Of a stretch of DNA of 64,000 nt, positions 1 to 12,915 are shown one piece after another (within the stretch, counting starts at the first letter, position 1; every line of letters begins with the position of its first letter). Under the pieces are notes generated by a model. The model saw only the letters and a list, made by a program, of their open reading frames with translations. It made no database searches and was not told where the DNA came from. The translations under genes were made by a program, and so were the position numbers. The DNA comes from Octopus vulgaris (taxonomy: Eukaryota): contig OX597826.1 of NCBI GenBank assembly GCA_951406725.2, forward strand, positions 79,856,001 through 79,920,000, given 5' to 3'.

Positions 1-29
1 CACGCGCACGCACACACTCATACAAAAGA

Positions 30-85
30 ACATGCAGAGGTACTCTTGAGGCGTGTTGCGGTAGAAGTCAGGTACCGGAGACCTC
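30..85 (-). mobile_element. Short fragment of the Chapaev3-like transposase (same sequence as ~5445-5490)
   Basis: gcagaggtactcttgaggc(g/c)tgttgcggtagaagtcaggtac(c/t)gga occurs here and inside the 3920-6141 element. Confidence 0.65.
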
Positions 86-117
86 AAGAGACAAGTTGGA
101 AGTTCTTGTTGGTGTTA

Positions 118-179
<62 letters not shown>

Positions 180-735
180 GGGTGAGAGAGCAGTGCATGC
201 CATCAAAGTGACACTGGGGTAAAATATACGAGGCCCAGTATACCCATCATGACTACCCGTCTGATAAGAGTACACTAGGCACATGCATCACAACCATATG
301 TGTGCGAAATGGTGATCTCATATCAAGATAAACAGCACATGACCTTGCAGGTGGGGCCCAGTTAGAATTTTCTTCTGGTCGAGTAGCCCATCCCGCTCCA
401 AAGTTCCCTGAGTAAGGGTTGTTTAAGGATGTTGAACGAAACACCCATGTTTCCAGAGGTGAATTATTCAAACTTCAAAGAATCCCTCTCGACACATGGC
501 TATGATGCTCCCCAACTACTTCTGCTCGTGATCAGAGATGCACATATCGTCAGCCACTAAGGGACATGCTCAACTGGTTAAGGTCAAACAACTGACAAGC
601 AAATCTGTGGTATTTAGCAGAACATTTGCTGTAGCCCATCTTTTATACCAAGACAAAACAATGTACATGATAACACTTCCAATCAGTTAAGATCAGAAGC
701 CAGAGAGCCACTGCCTGATACTGCATCAGGGCATT
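180..735. mobile_element. ~555-bp interspersed repeat inserted in a (TTA)n tract; class uncertain
   Basis: Complex, higher-GC block flanked on both sides by pure (TTA)n (113-178, 738-808); no coding signal. Resembles a common octopus repeat (from memory only). Confidence 0.45.
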
Positions 736-736
736 C

Positions 737-808
<72 letters not shown>

Positions 809-810
<2 letters not shown>

Positions 811-893
811 TGTCACTGCTTGGAATCGAACTCGGTATCTTGGGGTGAGTAGTCCGCGCTCTTAACCACTAAGCCATATGTCCCAGGTAGTGA

Positions 894-957
<64 letters not shown>

Positions 958-1190
958 CAGAAGAAGAAGAAGAAGAAGAAGAAGAAGAAGAAGAAGAAGA
1001 AGAAGAAGAAGACGAAGAACATCGAAAAATACCTTGGGGGCGAGAACCCAGGTTCGAAATTTCCCCAAGACACCTGATGAAGGCTGGAGGGTATATCAGC
1101 CGAAACGTTGTGTTAACAACAAAGAGGAGGACAAATATCTGTCAAATGTAAATAATGTACATAAATCCTCATCTCTTAAATATAGAACTG
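809..1190 (+). mobile_element. tRNA-headed hammerhead-bearing SINE-like element, copy 1 (inverted head, then AAT/GAA tract, then hammerhead tail)
   Basis: Minus-strand tRNA-like head 809-884 with A box TGGCTTAGTGG and B box GTTCGATTCC; tail 1020-1190 matches 45270-45446. Confidence 0.75.
1069..1114 (+). ncRNA. Minimal type I hammerhead ribozyme motif, intact core
   Basis: gacac-CTGATGA-a-ggctg[gagggtatat]cagcc-GAAA-cg-TT-gtgtt: stem I gacac/gtgtt, stem II ggctg/cagcc, palindromic CG stem III. Confidence 0.75.
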
Positions 1191-2495
1191 TATCTCAGTT
1201 ATATCTTGAATGCAGATATTCTAGCGCTGTATTTCATCGATCATGTTGATTGCCTCATCTGTGATGTTGCTATAGAGACAACAAAGGCAAGGGCGTTAGA
1301 TCAAATGTCTCATCAGTAAACCTATATAGCTTATTACGTATCCATGTTCTGGGGCGTAAGTTGCACGCTGCTAAAATACGCAGGCTGCCACAAGCAGCCA
1401 TTTAAATCCTTCTTATTATTTTAATGTGTTATGCTTAATTTAATACATTGTCATTAATTATCTTTTTATTATCTTTCTATCTCAGACAATAGAGAAAATG
1501 GATAAAAGAAATCCACAAAGCAGTCTAATAAACGAAGGGTAAAACAAAAGCCCTGGCGATGAACACAAAAATACATGAATAATTTATTTATAAAGAGCAG
1601 AAAAGCAAAAGGAAACAACAGCGATGTGAACAGCGATGGCCATTAACGAATTTTAATGGCGTTCATTAATATGGTAATGTCTCCAGATGGTCATTTTGCA
1701 TTTGAGAATATTAACAGATCTCATTGCTCGATAGAGATTTGGAGAAGAACCATGTCTGGGATCATTTGAATATCTGATAGTACAATAAAAACACTCTAGT
1801 GTAACTTTCTTATAGAATATTATAATGTACCTTCTTTGTGTTATGTTAGAAACTCAAGTTGCTTTTCTTATATTTGGCATAAAAGGCTATTTTTTAAAGT
1901 TAGAGTTTGCATTTTTAGTGGGAAGAACCTTGAACATCTAACAAGTAATAATTTTGCGGTGAGAAAGAAAAATGAAACAATAATAAACGAGAACTTTCTC
2001 TTTTTATTTTGTTGGCGATTATAGGAAAAAATACTGGACATGTTTCGGTGTTATAAGATCCAGAGAGAAGCACAACTGTTTTCCTACTTTTTGCATTTGA
2101 TTTGGTGTAGCGGAAGGTGATGTGTCTATGGTAACGGCAAGCTCTTGGAGTGTGGTGTAGTTCGAAGTAGCTAACTTTTCTCTTGACAGTTGCAATAAAG
2201 ATATGTGTAGGGAAAGAAATCCTGAGAACGAGTTTCTTGGGAGAGAGGTTGGTTTGTGCAGAATGACGAGAGTGGAGGAAAAACGAGAGAGAGAGAAAGA
2301 GTGTGTGTGGTAGTGTGTGAGAGGAGGAAATCAGCCTATTCCAAAGAAGGAGAGGGAGAGAGAGAGAAGGAGAGAGAAAGAGGGAGAGGGAGATAGAGAG
2401 CATTGAACTGTCTGGCTCTGCATCACAACGATAGAACGCAATGACAGAGCGTGTCGGAAAGGACAAAGGACTTTAGATAAAATCTGAAACAAGCT

Positions 2496-2726
2496 TATTT
2501 CTTTACTACCCACAAGGGGCCAAACACGAAGAGGACAAACAAGGACAGACAAACGGATTAAGTCGATTGTATTGACCCCAGTGCGTAACAGGTACTTAAT
2601 TTATCGACCCCGAAAGAATGAAAGGCAAAGTCGACCTCGGCGGAAATTGAACTCAGAACGTAACGGCAGACGAAATACGGCTACGCATTTCGCCCAGCGT
2701 GCTAACGTTTCTGCTAGGTCGCCGCC
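2496..2726 (-). mobile_element. tRNA-derived SINE, family A
   Basis: Matches the other copies (GGCGGCGAGCTGGCAGAAACGTTAGC...GAGTTCAAATTCCGCCGAGGTCGACTTTGCCTTTCATCCTTTCGGGGTCGATAAATTAAGTACC). Confidence 0.85.
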
Positions 2727-2892
2727 GAAAACTCTTCCGTATAGAGGTGAGCCTGGTGGCTCGTTTGTGTCTGTCCGGGATGAGATTATTGGATTGTTTC
2801 GGGATAATATATCCAAGACTCAGGTGCTCTGTTACTTTTAAATTTGTAATTCTATAAACGTATCATTGGCTATACATATACGCACGCATGCT

Positions 2893-2930
<38 letters not shown>

Positions 2931-3163
2931 GAAACAAACATACGCGCGCACACTCACACACGCATATGTTTCATTTTTAAATATTTCATTATCTACAAAG
3001 TTTCTTCTCTGAGCCATTAAAAATTACAAAACAAACGAGAGTGTATGTATGCCATTGTTCAGTTCTATTTCAAGGTTTCTTGCAAATAGAGAAAGAACCG
3101 GTTTCTAACCTAAATTCAAGGCTCCTTCACTGGAATTTCGACTTCAACAACAAGGCATTTTCG

Positions 3164-3167
<4 letters not shown>

Positions 3168-3197
<30 letters not shown>

Positions 3198-3215
3198 TGT
3201 ATGTATGTATGTATT

Positions 3216-3246
<31 letters not shown>

Positions 3247-3479
3247 GTATGTCTGTATTTATGTATGTATGTATGTATGTAAGTATGTATGTATTTATGT
3301 ACGTATGTATGTATGTATGTATGTGTGTCTGTATGTATGCATGTATGTATGTATGTATGTATGTATGTATTTATGTATGTATGTATGTATGTATGTATGT
3401 ATGTATTTATGTACGTATGTATGTATGTATGTAAGTATGTATGTAATTAAGTATGTATGTATGTATGTATGTATGTAAG

Positions 3480-3510
<31 letters not shown>

Positions 3511-3591
3511 GTATGTATGTATTTATGTATGTATGTATGTATGTATGTATGTATTTATGTATGTATGAGTGCATGTATGTATGTATGAATG

Positions 3592-3625
<34 letters not shown>

Positions 3626-3668
3626 TGTATGTATGTATGTATGTATGTATGAATGTATGTATGTATGT
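3168..3668. repeat. (TATG)n microsatellite
   Basis: Direct reading. Confidence 0.95.
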
Positions 3669-3919
3669 GCAGATTTGTTTGTTTTACGTATTTATTCTCA
3701 TGCATATAGTAGCATATCTAGACATGCTCATATATATCTAAATGATAAACTTCTGGAAAGTTTTACAGATTTTTATAGCTCTGGTGATAAATTGAATTTG
3801 TAGTTTTCGAATTAGCTTTCCCCTTTCTGGTTTTGCAAAGCCTAATTTCTCAAGAGTGGTATTTAAGCAGCGTGTTACGTATCCCAGGGCCTCAAGCATA
3901 TAATATATAAGATATATTA

Positions 3920-6141
3920 TACTGGATAACAAAAAAAAGAAAAATTTGTAAATTGTTTTAGGTTTTTCAACTGGTTTAGAACAATTTTGCATCACTGAAT
4001 CCGAAAATGGCATCTCATTCTCTCGATCAGGTCAGGTTTCTATGCTAACTTGATTTTTTTTAAAAATCCGATCTTCTGACTAAATTGGTTACACTTTTCT
4101 GACATTATCGGTGGATTTTTGTTAATATTTCTCGTCCGAAATTGTTTTTTAAGATAAAAAAAATTGTTTTCTAACACAATTTGTCAGTTAATTGTAACAA
4201 ACTTCGATTAATGTAAATTGAACAGTTGATACTGATAAAGATAAGCACTTGTAAAATAAATGTTATTTCATCATTGTTCAAAATTCAGGGCTTGGACTTA
4301 CGTTTATTCGAACCTCTAGAATACTGAGCGGCAGGAATGTCTCTCTTCAGAGTCCAACAGTAGTTTGCCATCATAACTGCATCACAGCGTCCTTGATACC
4401 AGGTCTACATCTCTTTCAAGGAATCTCTCCCCCCTGCTCGTCGCTCATTGATCACAGATTCTCAAGAAACCAATCCATATTTGAGAATAAGTAATGCATT
4501 TTAATGCTAATGTTGCATCCGAAATTTTGAAAGCAGTCAGCTTATTGGTGACAAGTCCTGCGTAGTTCCTCGCCTCGTTGTTACCAACAAAGTTCTTCAC
4601 GACCAGAACAAAAGCCTTCCACGCTTCCAGTTCCACTTCGTTCATTGAGTTTTCAAACACAGGCTCTCTGATGAGCAGACGGATTTGAGGACCGTCAAAA
4701 ATGTCAGCTTTCAACTTCTCAATGGTCAATCCTGAAAAAGTCTGGCAAAAGTAAGTGAAGCAGCCATCATATTCGTCCAGAGCTTTAGTGAATTGGTTGA
4801 TCAAGCGAAGCTTGATGTGCAGTGGTGGGAAGAGTAGTCTGTCACTGTCCACCAATTCCTCCCTCAAAGGCCAGTCCTTCTTCTGGTAATGCTGAGCAGT
4901 GACCCTACTATCCCACGTGCAAAGAAAGCATGGGTACTTGGTGAACCCAGACTGTTGTCCTAACCAAAAAATTCACCATCTTCAGGTCAACATATCTAAA
5001 CCACTGATGCTGATCATAACAAATTTTCTCCAGCACATACTTCACCGCTTCATTCTTCTCTTTCAGTGTATTCGAGAGAGCGAGGGCTACAGAGGCAAAC
5101 TGGTTGCCGTTGTGCAGCAGAACCCATTTCAGCGATCGCTTGCCGCTGTCAATGAATAGTCTCCAATCTTTGGGTTCGTACTGTGGTACTCCAAGCTAGT
5201 GCAGAAGATGAGCAATATCTTGACAGAACACCAATACACAGCCGTGTTGTTGTGCGTAGTAAGAGCAGCTGAAGGTAACTGAAGGTGTCAAGTAAACCAG
5301 ATAAGTGAAATATCTATAAAAGGAATACGTAAAGAAAACACGATTGCTGAGTTGTGATTATATCTAGAATACATTTTATTCTCATGTTTTATCTTTATAA
5401 CACATGTATGATATACTGTTTACATATATTCTCTTCAGAGAAAAGCAGAGGTACTCTTGAGGCCTGTTGCGGTAGAAGTCAGGTACTGGAATTTCATCAC
5501 AGTGAGCTACAGGACGACGTGCTGATTGAAGATCAGGATGATCCGGTTCCTTCTGTTGATCTCAGTCACATCAATAGCGCAGAAATAGCAGTTAGTGGCA
5601 TGGTTTGTCGGCTCCCTCCAAGCCATGGGAATCCCAAACTTCAGACAACTCTTCTTGCCCTTGGTCCACTGATGCAGATTCTCGGTGTATGCTTTGCATA
5701 CTATGTGTGGCACCCAAGTTTTATCTTGGGCACCAAGTTTAATAGCAAAATAAACCTGGTAAGCACGTTTTATGAAACTTGCGACTGGATTCCTGTTAGG
5801 GACAATGGTGTATTCACCGCAGATGTAGCGTTGGACTTACATTTACAAGATCTTTTGATCGAAGCCATTTCATACACCTGTGAAATAGAAATACCAATTA
5901 GTCATAAATAAGAGCATGCAAACTCTTCTGAGTTCGTTTATTTCAAGAAATAAAAAATAATTTTGCATCACACAAAGCAAAAATATCCGTACGTGAAAAC
6001 AAAAATGTAAAAGAATATGTGGCCATAGTTCAAAAAGCTGACCTAACTCAGCCAAACGAATGTGATTTTGAGATTTAGCACATCAGAATTGTCCTAAATC
6101 TGCTAAAGAAATTTAGACAATCATTTTGTTGTTGACCAATG
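3920..6141 (-). mobile_element. Decayed Chapaev3-like (CMC) DNA transposon
   Basis: Ends tactggataac / gttgaccaatg (CACTGG-type TIR) with related subterminal sequence; 3-bp TTA TSD at 3917-3919 and 6142-6144; transposase remnants inside. Confidence 0.75.
4285..5868 (-). pseudogene. Chapaev3-type transposase pseudogene (frameshifts, stops, internal insertion)
   Basis: Motifs WVPHIVC, PMAWREPTNHATNCYFC, PPLHIKL, DIFDGPQIR, AWKAFVLVVKNF, MMANYCWTLKRD across ORFs 5507..5713 and 4445..4867 and adjacent frames. Confidence 0.8.
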
Positions 6142-7103
6142 TTATAGATAACCAAATATATGTAAACAGTATATCATACATTTGTTATAAAGATAAAAAC
6201 ATGAATATAAAATGTATTCTAGATATAATCACAACTCAGCAATCGTGTTTTCTTTACGTATTCCTTTTATAGATATTTCACTTATCTGGTTTACTTGACA
6301 CCTTCAGTTACATCCAGCTGCTCTTATGACGCACAACATTACGGCTGTGTATTGTTCTATTTCCTCATCACTTCTGTATGTAATTAGCCCTTGATGCTGT
6401 CAATCTATCTGCGACATTGTGGCTATTTAGTATTCTCTGTCCATATTTTATTATTCGATAAATTTATATAATCAGTTGCGAATAAAACAGCCCGATGTTT
6501 CTGAAAGAATGGCCTTAGGTCGCATACAATTATAAAACCTTGGCTTCATTGGTGTGCACAGCTGAGAAGAAAGCCTTCAAGAGACAGGGAATATGAAAGA
6601 AGATTAACCAGTTGCAATAATTACAATAAAAGCTGCAATACAATGAATTTTACTCATTCTAAATTAATTATAATCTAGATACAAATCTGAAGATGTTCGC
6701 GAGTATTCATATAAGAATATTTAACTGTTATAATGCTGTGAAGAAGAAGAATATGTAAGAGCTGTTGGACGAAAGTTGACGTGAATGAATGGAAGATGAA
6801 ATGAGAATGTCTGTGCAGGTACGGCCGTGTAATTAGGAAATTCTGTTCGCATCTATTTTCCGGATTCTATATCACGATGCTTGAAATTTGGACAGTGACT
6901 CCGTTCATAAGATTCTGGTTGTCAGTTCCATGTGAGCGATATTTCGTAAACGGAATCTGTGCAGGATCCGGTTACATACACGCATGCATACATACACACA
7001 TACATACATACATACACACATACATACATACATACATACATACATACATACATACATACATACATACACACATACATACATACATACATACATACATAAT
7101 ACA

Positions 7104-7137
<34 letters not shown>

Positions 7138-7271
7138 CATACATAGATACATACACACATACACACACACATACATGCATACATACATTACATGTATACA
7201 TACATAATGATGCACATACGTACATAAATAAATACATACGGGCTTATGTGTATATATATATATATATTTTT

Positions 7272-7572
7272 TCTTTCTTCTCCCCCGTCTGTCTTGATAG
7301 ACAATGGGTCGCGCCAAGGGTGGGGCCTACTTTGATGATGAGCAGCGTCTGCTGTGACTGAACAGTCCAATTCTAGAGTGGCAGTCCCTGGTACAGTTGC
7401 TGCACACGAACATCGATGGGTACGTGTGGGGTGTTGCTGCAGTTGTCCTCCTCCTGTCCCGCCTGTCCGACCACAGCTGTGCTCTCCTTTCCTCAGCCAT
7501 GGAAACGCCTTTCCTCACTGTCCGACGCCAGGCAGAGCGGTCAGCAGCTGTTACCTCCCACGTGTCCACACA
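7272..7572 (-). mobile_element. 5'-truncated RTE (BovB-like) LINE 3' end
   Basis: DTWEVTAADRSAWRRTV...FVCSNCTRDCHSRIGLFSHSRRC is the RTE C-terminal C2H2-like signature, followed by a short 3' UTR. Confidence 0.85.
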
Positions 7573-8929
7573 GATATATATATATTGCACATAAATGTAA
7601 TATATAGTATATAGCAATGTTAGATATCTAGCTCGCTACACAGTAGCAGCTGTGTTGGTTCTTGGTCACCCATCCGTCGCGATGAGTTAAAGAAGGAGAA
7701 CTGAAATGCGGTTTGAACTGGATTTGGAACTAGAAATACCGTTCTGTATTCGAATTACAAAGTCATCGCTTTTGAAATAAACGCATACAAAATATATATT
7801 ACATTTAATTGAATATTTTATACACATTTTGAAATTTACGTTTCCATATCATTATCAACGAATTACTTTCTCTGGTGACACAATCGGCAGACAAACAGAA
7901 CAAACGGAAGCGAGCTGGAGTGGCAAAAAAAAAAAACCAACAAAAAAAAACAGTGAAACAAAGAATTACAATGGGAACAAGAGTCGTAAGTATCACGTGA
8001 CTGCAAGAACAGACGCCATAAATATTCATCACACAAAATTTTATAGATTTTTATTATGCAAATACTAATTTTGTATATTTAAGTAAAGCATTCTAAATGA
8101 ATTCTGAGGCAAAATCCGTGCATAAAACTTTATTATGTAAAAATGTTCGCTTTATTTAGAATTTATTACTGAAATATGAACAGAGTATACTAACGATGGA
8201 AAAGAATTGTAACACGTTCAAGAACATAGTATGATATGTAGTTACGGTTTTCATGATTTGAAAGTTATAACAATATTACTGGTAATTTCTCATAAACAGA
8301 TTGTATCAGCAATATATGACTGAATCTGCAGTTTTCTTAATATTGTTAGTAAGTTGTAATTATTTGAGGATGTAGTGACTAATTCGCAAATAAACATAGG
8401 TGAAACATTGATAGAGGTATATAATGTTATAGGCCTGCATGATAAATGAGAGTTTAATGTCCTTTAAACGATGTATTTAACATGCACAGCGAAAATACAG
8501 CTCATGGGAATAGTTTGTAATTATCGGTAAAGTTTTTTTCCCCCGAACTCTATTACAGAATTATGATTATTGATAATTTAACGAGAAATTTGTTTTGTTT
8601 ATATATTTATTTTAACTTAATGAGTTTTATTGTTTTAGAAAATAGAGTAATTTTCAATTCGGTCTAAGCAAGTTGAAATTTGAAAGGCGCAAAATTATAA
8701 TTAATGCAATTTTATAACAATATTTGATATAAGCCAGCGGAGCAATAGCTTACAGCTAAAACTGATCTCAAATTTCGGCACAAGGCAGGGACAGCTGATG
8801 AAGGGGAATATTCCTTGTATTGTTTGTCTTGTACTCTGTTTTTTCGTTGTTAAAAAAAAGTCCGTTTCCTTGTTTGTTTTTATGTTTTCGTTTCTCGTTG
8901 TGTTCTACGTTTATTTGTGGTGTCCTGTA

Positions 8930-8971
<42 letters not shown>

Positions 8972-9810
8972 TGTATATATACATATGCATGTATATATAC
9001 ACATAGATGTAGGTACATACATATATGTATGCATATGTTTTATTTGTTAAATTGTTATTATATGACTGAGCGCCTCGCTTCATTTCTTATCCTCCAAGTA
9101 AGTTTATGACGCGCACTCTCTAACCCTTTACTTGACCTTTCCTTCCTTCCTGTCTGTCTTCCTCTCTACTTGTCTCTCTCCTTCTTATTTTTCACCCTTT
9201 CTGGTTTCTTTTCCTCTCTATCTCTCTCTCTCACTCCTCCTCTCTCTAGCCCTTGCTGATTGGACTACTAACTTTCTTTTGCTCGTAGGTTTCAACAAGT
9301 CAACATCGACTTCTGTCTCTAGCAGTCGATTGTCTGAATTTGCGCTCCAACGAATTTTTCCACCGTCTAGGCTTATAAAAGCCCTCATTGTTGGTTTCCT
9401 TGTCCTGTTTTTATTCTTTATGTGTACTGTATTTTTATTTGTATTGCTTTTACGTCCTGTTCTTGTCACTTTTTTCTTTCCTTTGTATATATATATATAC
9501 ATATATATATATACATATATATATATACATATACATACATACATAATACATACATACATACATACATACATACATACATACATACATACATACATACATT
9601 CATACATACATTCATACATACATATTTACTTACCTCTATACTCTCCATCACCCTATTCCTCTTCCTTTCTGAACGCCCTCTCCAATAACTTCTGATTCAC
9701 GTTAGCAGCTCGTGTTAGTCTGCGTTCATCATCAGTTGCAGTCAGTTTTTCAAACAGAGAGGATGTAAACTCTGTTTGACTTTCTTCTCATTTCCTTCCC
9801 TTTTCCTCTA

Positions 9811-9845
9811 CTCACTGACGAAGGATTGAATCCGAAACGTTGGAT
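9811..9845 (+). ncRNA. Hammerhead-like motif, core intact but weak stem I
   Basis: CTGACGA-a-ggat[tga]atcc-GAAA-cg-TT. Confidence 0.45.
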
Positions 9846-10057
9846 ATTCCACTCCTCACGGCAAGTTCACTGTAACCCTTTCACATTTTCTTGGTCTACT
9901 AACCTCCCCAGTTGGTGGCGTCATTCGAAAGCTGTGGCAATGCGAAGCGCATTGTGACCAGCGATGTAAAACGACGTTTGATAATCTGATCAATTCCGTG
10001 CTACAGTGATATACGTACATATACATACACTCATATATGTATTCATATATTCATTCA

Positions 10058-10150
<93 letters not shown>

Positions 10151-10235
10151 GCACACACACCCATATATATGCACACACAGAAGGCGTGGGCAGAGGCATG
10201 TATGCAGAAAGAGAGAGAGAGAGAGGAGAGAAAGT

Positions 10236-10277
<42 letters not shown>

Positions 10278-10944
10278 GAAAAACAGAAAGAAAACATACA
10301 AAATAAACAAAAACAAATTAAAAGCTGTCACATGACCGAATATAAAATATTCCCATGGCAAAATAATTCTGCTTGTTAGAACTCCATCATCTAGTCACTT
10401 CTCACCTTTCTGAAGAACTTTTTTAAGCAATGAGAGATGAACAAGAATTCTTTATTTGGACGTAAATTGCCAATTGCTAAGGTGATTTCTCCTCAGATTT
10501 ATCCAATGTACGAAGTCTACACCTAACTTCCATTTTTAGTGAATATTTGAAAAAAATTATTCTACATTTTGAGCTCTTGCGAGGATCTTCATCACCGTAT
10601 TTCTTGAAAATGTTACCCTCCACAGCTATTTACAGTTAGCGTCATCATGTATGTCTCAAAAGTATTCTGTTTATTTATACTGTGTGCATTTACATGTGTG
10701 CTTTTCTTTCAACATGTATAACAGATAAGTAGCAATCAGTCATTTTCTTCTTGATACTGGTAACCTTTACCCGAAATATTATTACAACAAGAAAGTTATT
10801 TACTACAAGGCTAAATAAACTAGTGCTATTTACTACAAAATTTTTCGTCTTTGTTGTTGAACTACATACCACGTTTGACCTACAGAGTTATTTCTCTTCG
10901 CTCATACATACATACATACATACATACATACATACATACATACA

Positions 10945-10978
<34 letters not shown>

Positions 10979-11431
10979 CATACATACGTACAAACACACA
11001 CACATATAAATAGATATATATGTATGTGTGAGTGCGCGTCTATAGTTAATACAAGACTTGTTCATGTTCTGTATTTATAAATATATATACATATATATAT
11101 GTATATATATATACATACGTGTGTGTGTGTATGTATATATGTTCTTGTGTGTACATGTATGTTAGTAAGAGAGAGAGACAGAGACAGACAGAGGAAAAGG
11201 TGTGACTTGAGAAACTGACATGGTCTCTGTACTTCATGCCAACACATCTCACTCCTCATTGCAGCATTAAGTCACTTCAGATTTCTTTTCTTAACCTCTC
11301 GCTAGACTTTTTGAGAAATGGCAACATTCTTTTAAGAAAAGCTTAGATACGCACACCTAAATACATACACATAAATATACATATACACTCACACATGTGT
11401 GTGCATGTATGTAGGTAGTTATATATATATC

Positions 11432-11813
11432 GTGGAGGCACAATGGCCTAGTGGTTAGGGCAGCGGACTTGTGGTCGTAGGATCACCGTTTTGATTCCCG
11501 GACCAGGCGTTGTGAGTGTTTATTGAGCGAAAACACCTAAAGCTCCACAAAACTCCGGCAAGGGGTCGTGGTGAATCCTGCTGTATTCTTTTACCACAGC
11601 TTTCTCTCACACTTTTTTCCTGTTTCTCTTTGCACCTGTATTTCAAAGGGCCAGCCTTGTCACACTCTGTTTCACGCTGAATCTCCCCGAGAACTACATT
11701 AAGGGTACACGTTCTGTGGAGTGCTCAGCCACTTAGACGTTAATTCCACGAGCAAGCTGTTCTGTTGATCGGATAAACTGAAACCCTCGTCGTCGTAACA
11801 GACGGAGTGCCAC
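11432..11813 (+). mobile_element. tRNA-derived SINE, family B
   Basis: A box TGGCCTAGTGG, B-box-like TTGATTCCC; homologous to 23588-24199(-) and to decayed copies near 18925-19210 and 52740-53020. Confidence 0.8.
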
Positions 11814-11949
11814 GACATATACTTATCTATACCTACACACATACATACATATTTGCATACATATAGACGCCGCTACACACACATATATATGTATGTGTGT
11901 GTGCGTGTGTGTATAAATATATATGTATCTGGAAGTGCATGTATATATG

Positions 11950-12556
11950 TATATTTCTGTGTGAGTTAGAGGTTAGGAAGCCAACCACCTAAGGGATAGT
12001 ACCTATCCAATATACTGCTGGTAGTGTACCCAATTATTCATACCCAAATGCTTGTTATTGCGTGGCAATCTCGCAATTGAGTGTCATATATGGGTGGAGG
12101 TAAAGAGTGGTTTACCCTTAATTTATACAGCAAATAAGAAAATGGAGAGGATAGAAAACGACATACATCATCCGGTTGACATTGTGGTGTGTCTAGTTAC
12201 ACTGTACCTATTGTTAACTGTTTATTATATGTATTAGCTCTCCAAACCACTTAGACCCTCTGAAGAAGCTTAGGAGCACACTCATCATCCAAACTATATC
12301 TGCCCATCCCTACAGTACACCGAAGAGATGGAAATAGCATGGATGATTTCGTTCACTCTTGGCAGAAATGGCCGTAAGGAACTGATCTTTTGCTCTATTC
12401 TCTAATATTATTAATGCATGTGTGTGTAACACATATTTACTGCATGTGTATGTTTTCTTCTAAAACTTTCTAATGCTGCGGAATAAATAGACACACTGGA
12501 ATGTCTACCGGATGATGTACGTCGTTTTCTATCCTCTCCATTTTCTCGTTTGCCGT

Positions 12557-12560
<4 letters not shown>
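11950..12560 (+). mobile_element. Non-coding PLE-like repeat with internal inverted arms and hammerhead motif; second copy at 59480-60066
   Basis: Inverted arms ~12125-12195 and ~12487-12560; cct-CTGAAGA (12260) ... GAAA-tggccg-TA-agg (12365-12379). Confidence 0.65.
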
Positions 12561-12620
<60 letters not shown>

Positions 12621-12794
12621 GTATATATATAAATTGAGATAAGGGTTGTGAGTGCAACCCACCATGGGATAACATATATCCAATATACTGCCAGTAAAGC
12701 ACCCAACAAAGTTAATACATAAATGTTAAGAATTGCGATGCAATTAATTCATTTATTGTATTATATGGGCGAAGGTGTCACCATATCTATTAAA

Positions 12795-12915
12795 CGCTGC
12801 TTTGAGCTGTTGATGAAAACATTCCATTATCCCATTCACAGCAGGATGATAGGCTGTTGTGCGGACTCTCCTAGTACCAAGTAATTTATTTAGCTCTCTA
12901 AAGAGATAAGTGTCA
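12795..12915 (-). pseudogene. Gypsy-type LTR retrotransposon integrase core fragment
   Basis: LFRELNKLLGTRRVRTTAYHPAVNGIMECFHQQLKAA matches the TTAYHPxxNGxxERxHxxLK integrase motif. Confidence 0.8.

Noticed and set aside
809-884. Possible tRNA-Ser(ACT)-like gene (also 45191 and 52448)
   Set aside because: Acceptor stem is imperfect and each copy is attached to the same repeat context, so it is a SINE head rather than a tRNA gene.
2124-2136. X-box (RFX)-like gtctatggtaac beside a GA-rich stretch; octamer ATGCAAAT at 28703
   Set aside because: Single short motifs are expected by chance, and no linked gene start is visible.
3041-3803. ORFs reading MYVC/IHTY/YIYI repeats here and throughout the window
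   Set aside because: Translations of (TATG)n, (TA)n and (CA)n microsatellites, which lack stop codons in some frames.
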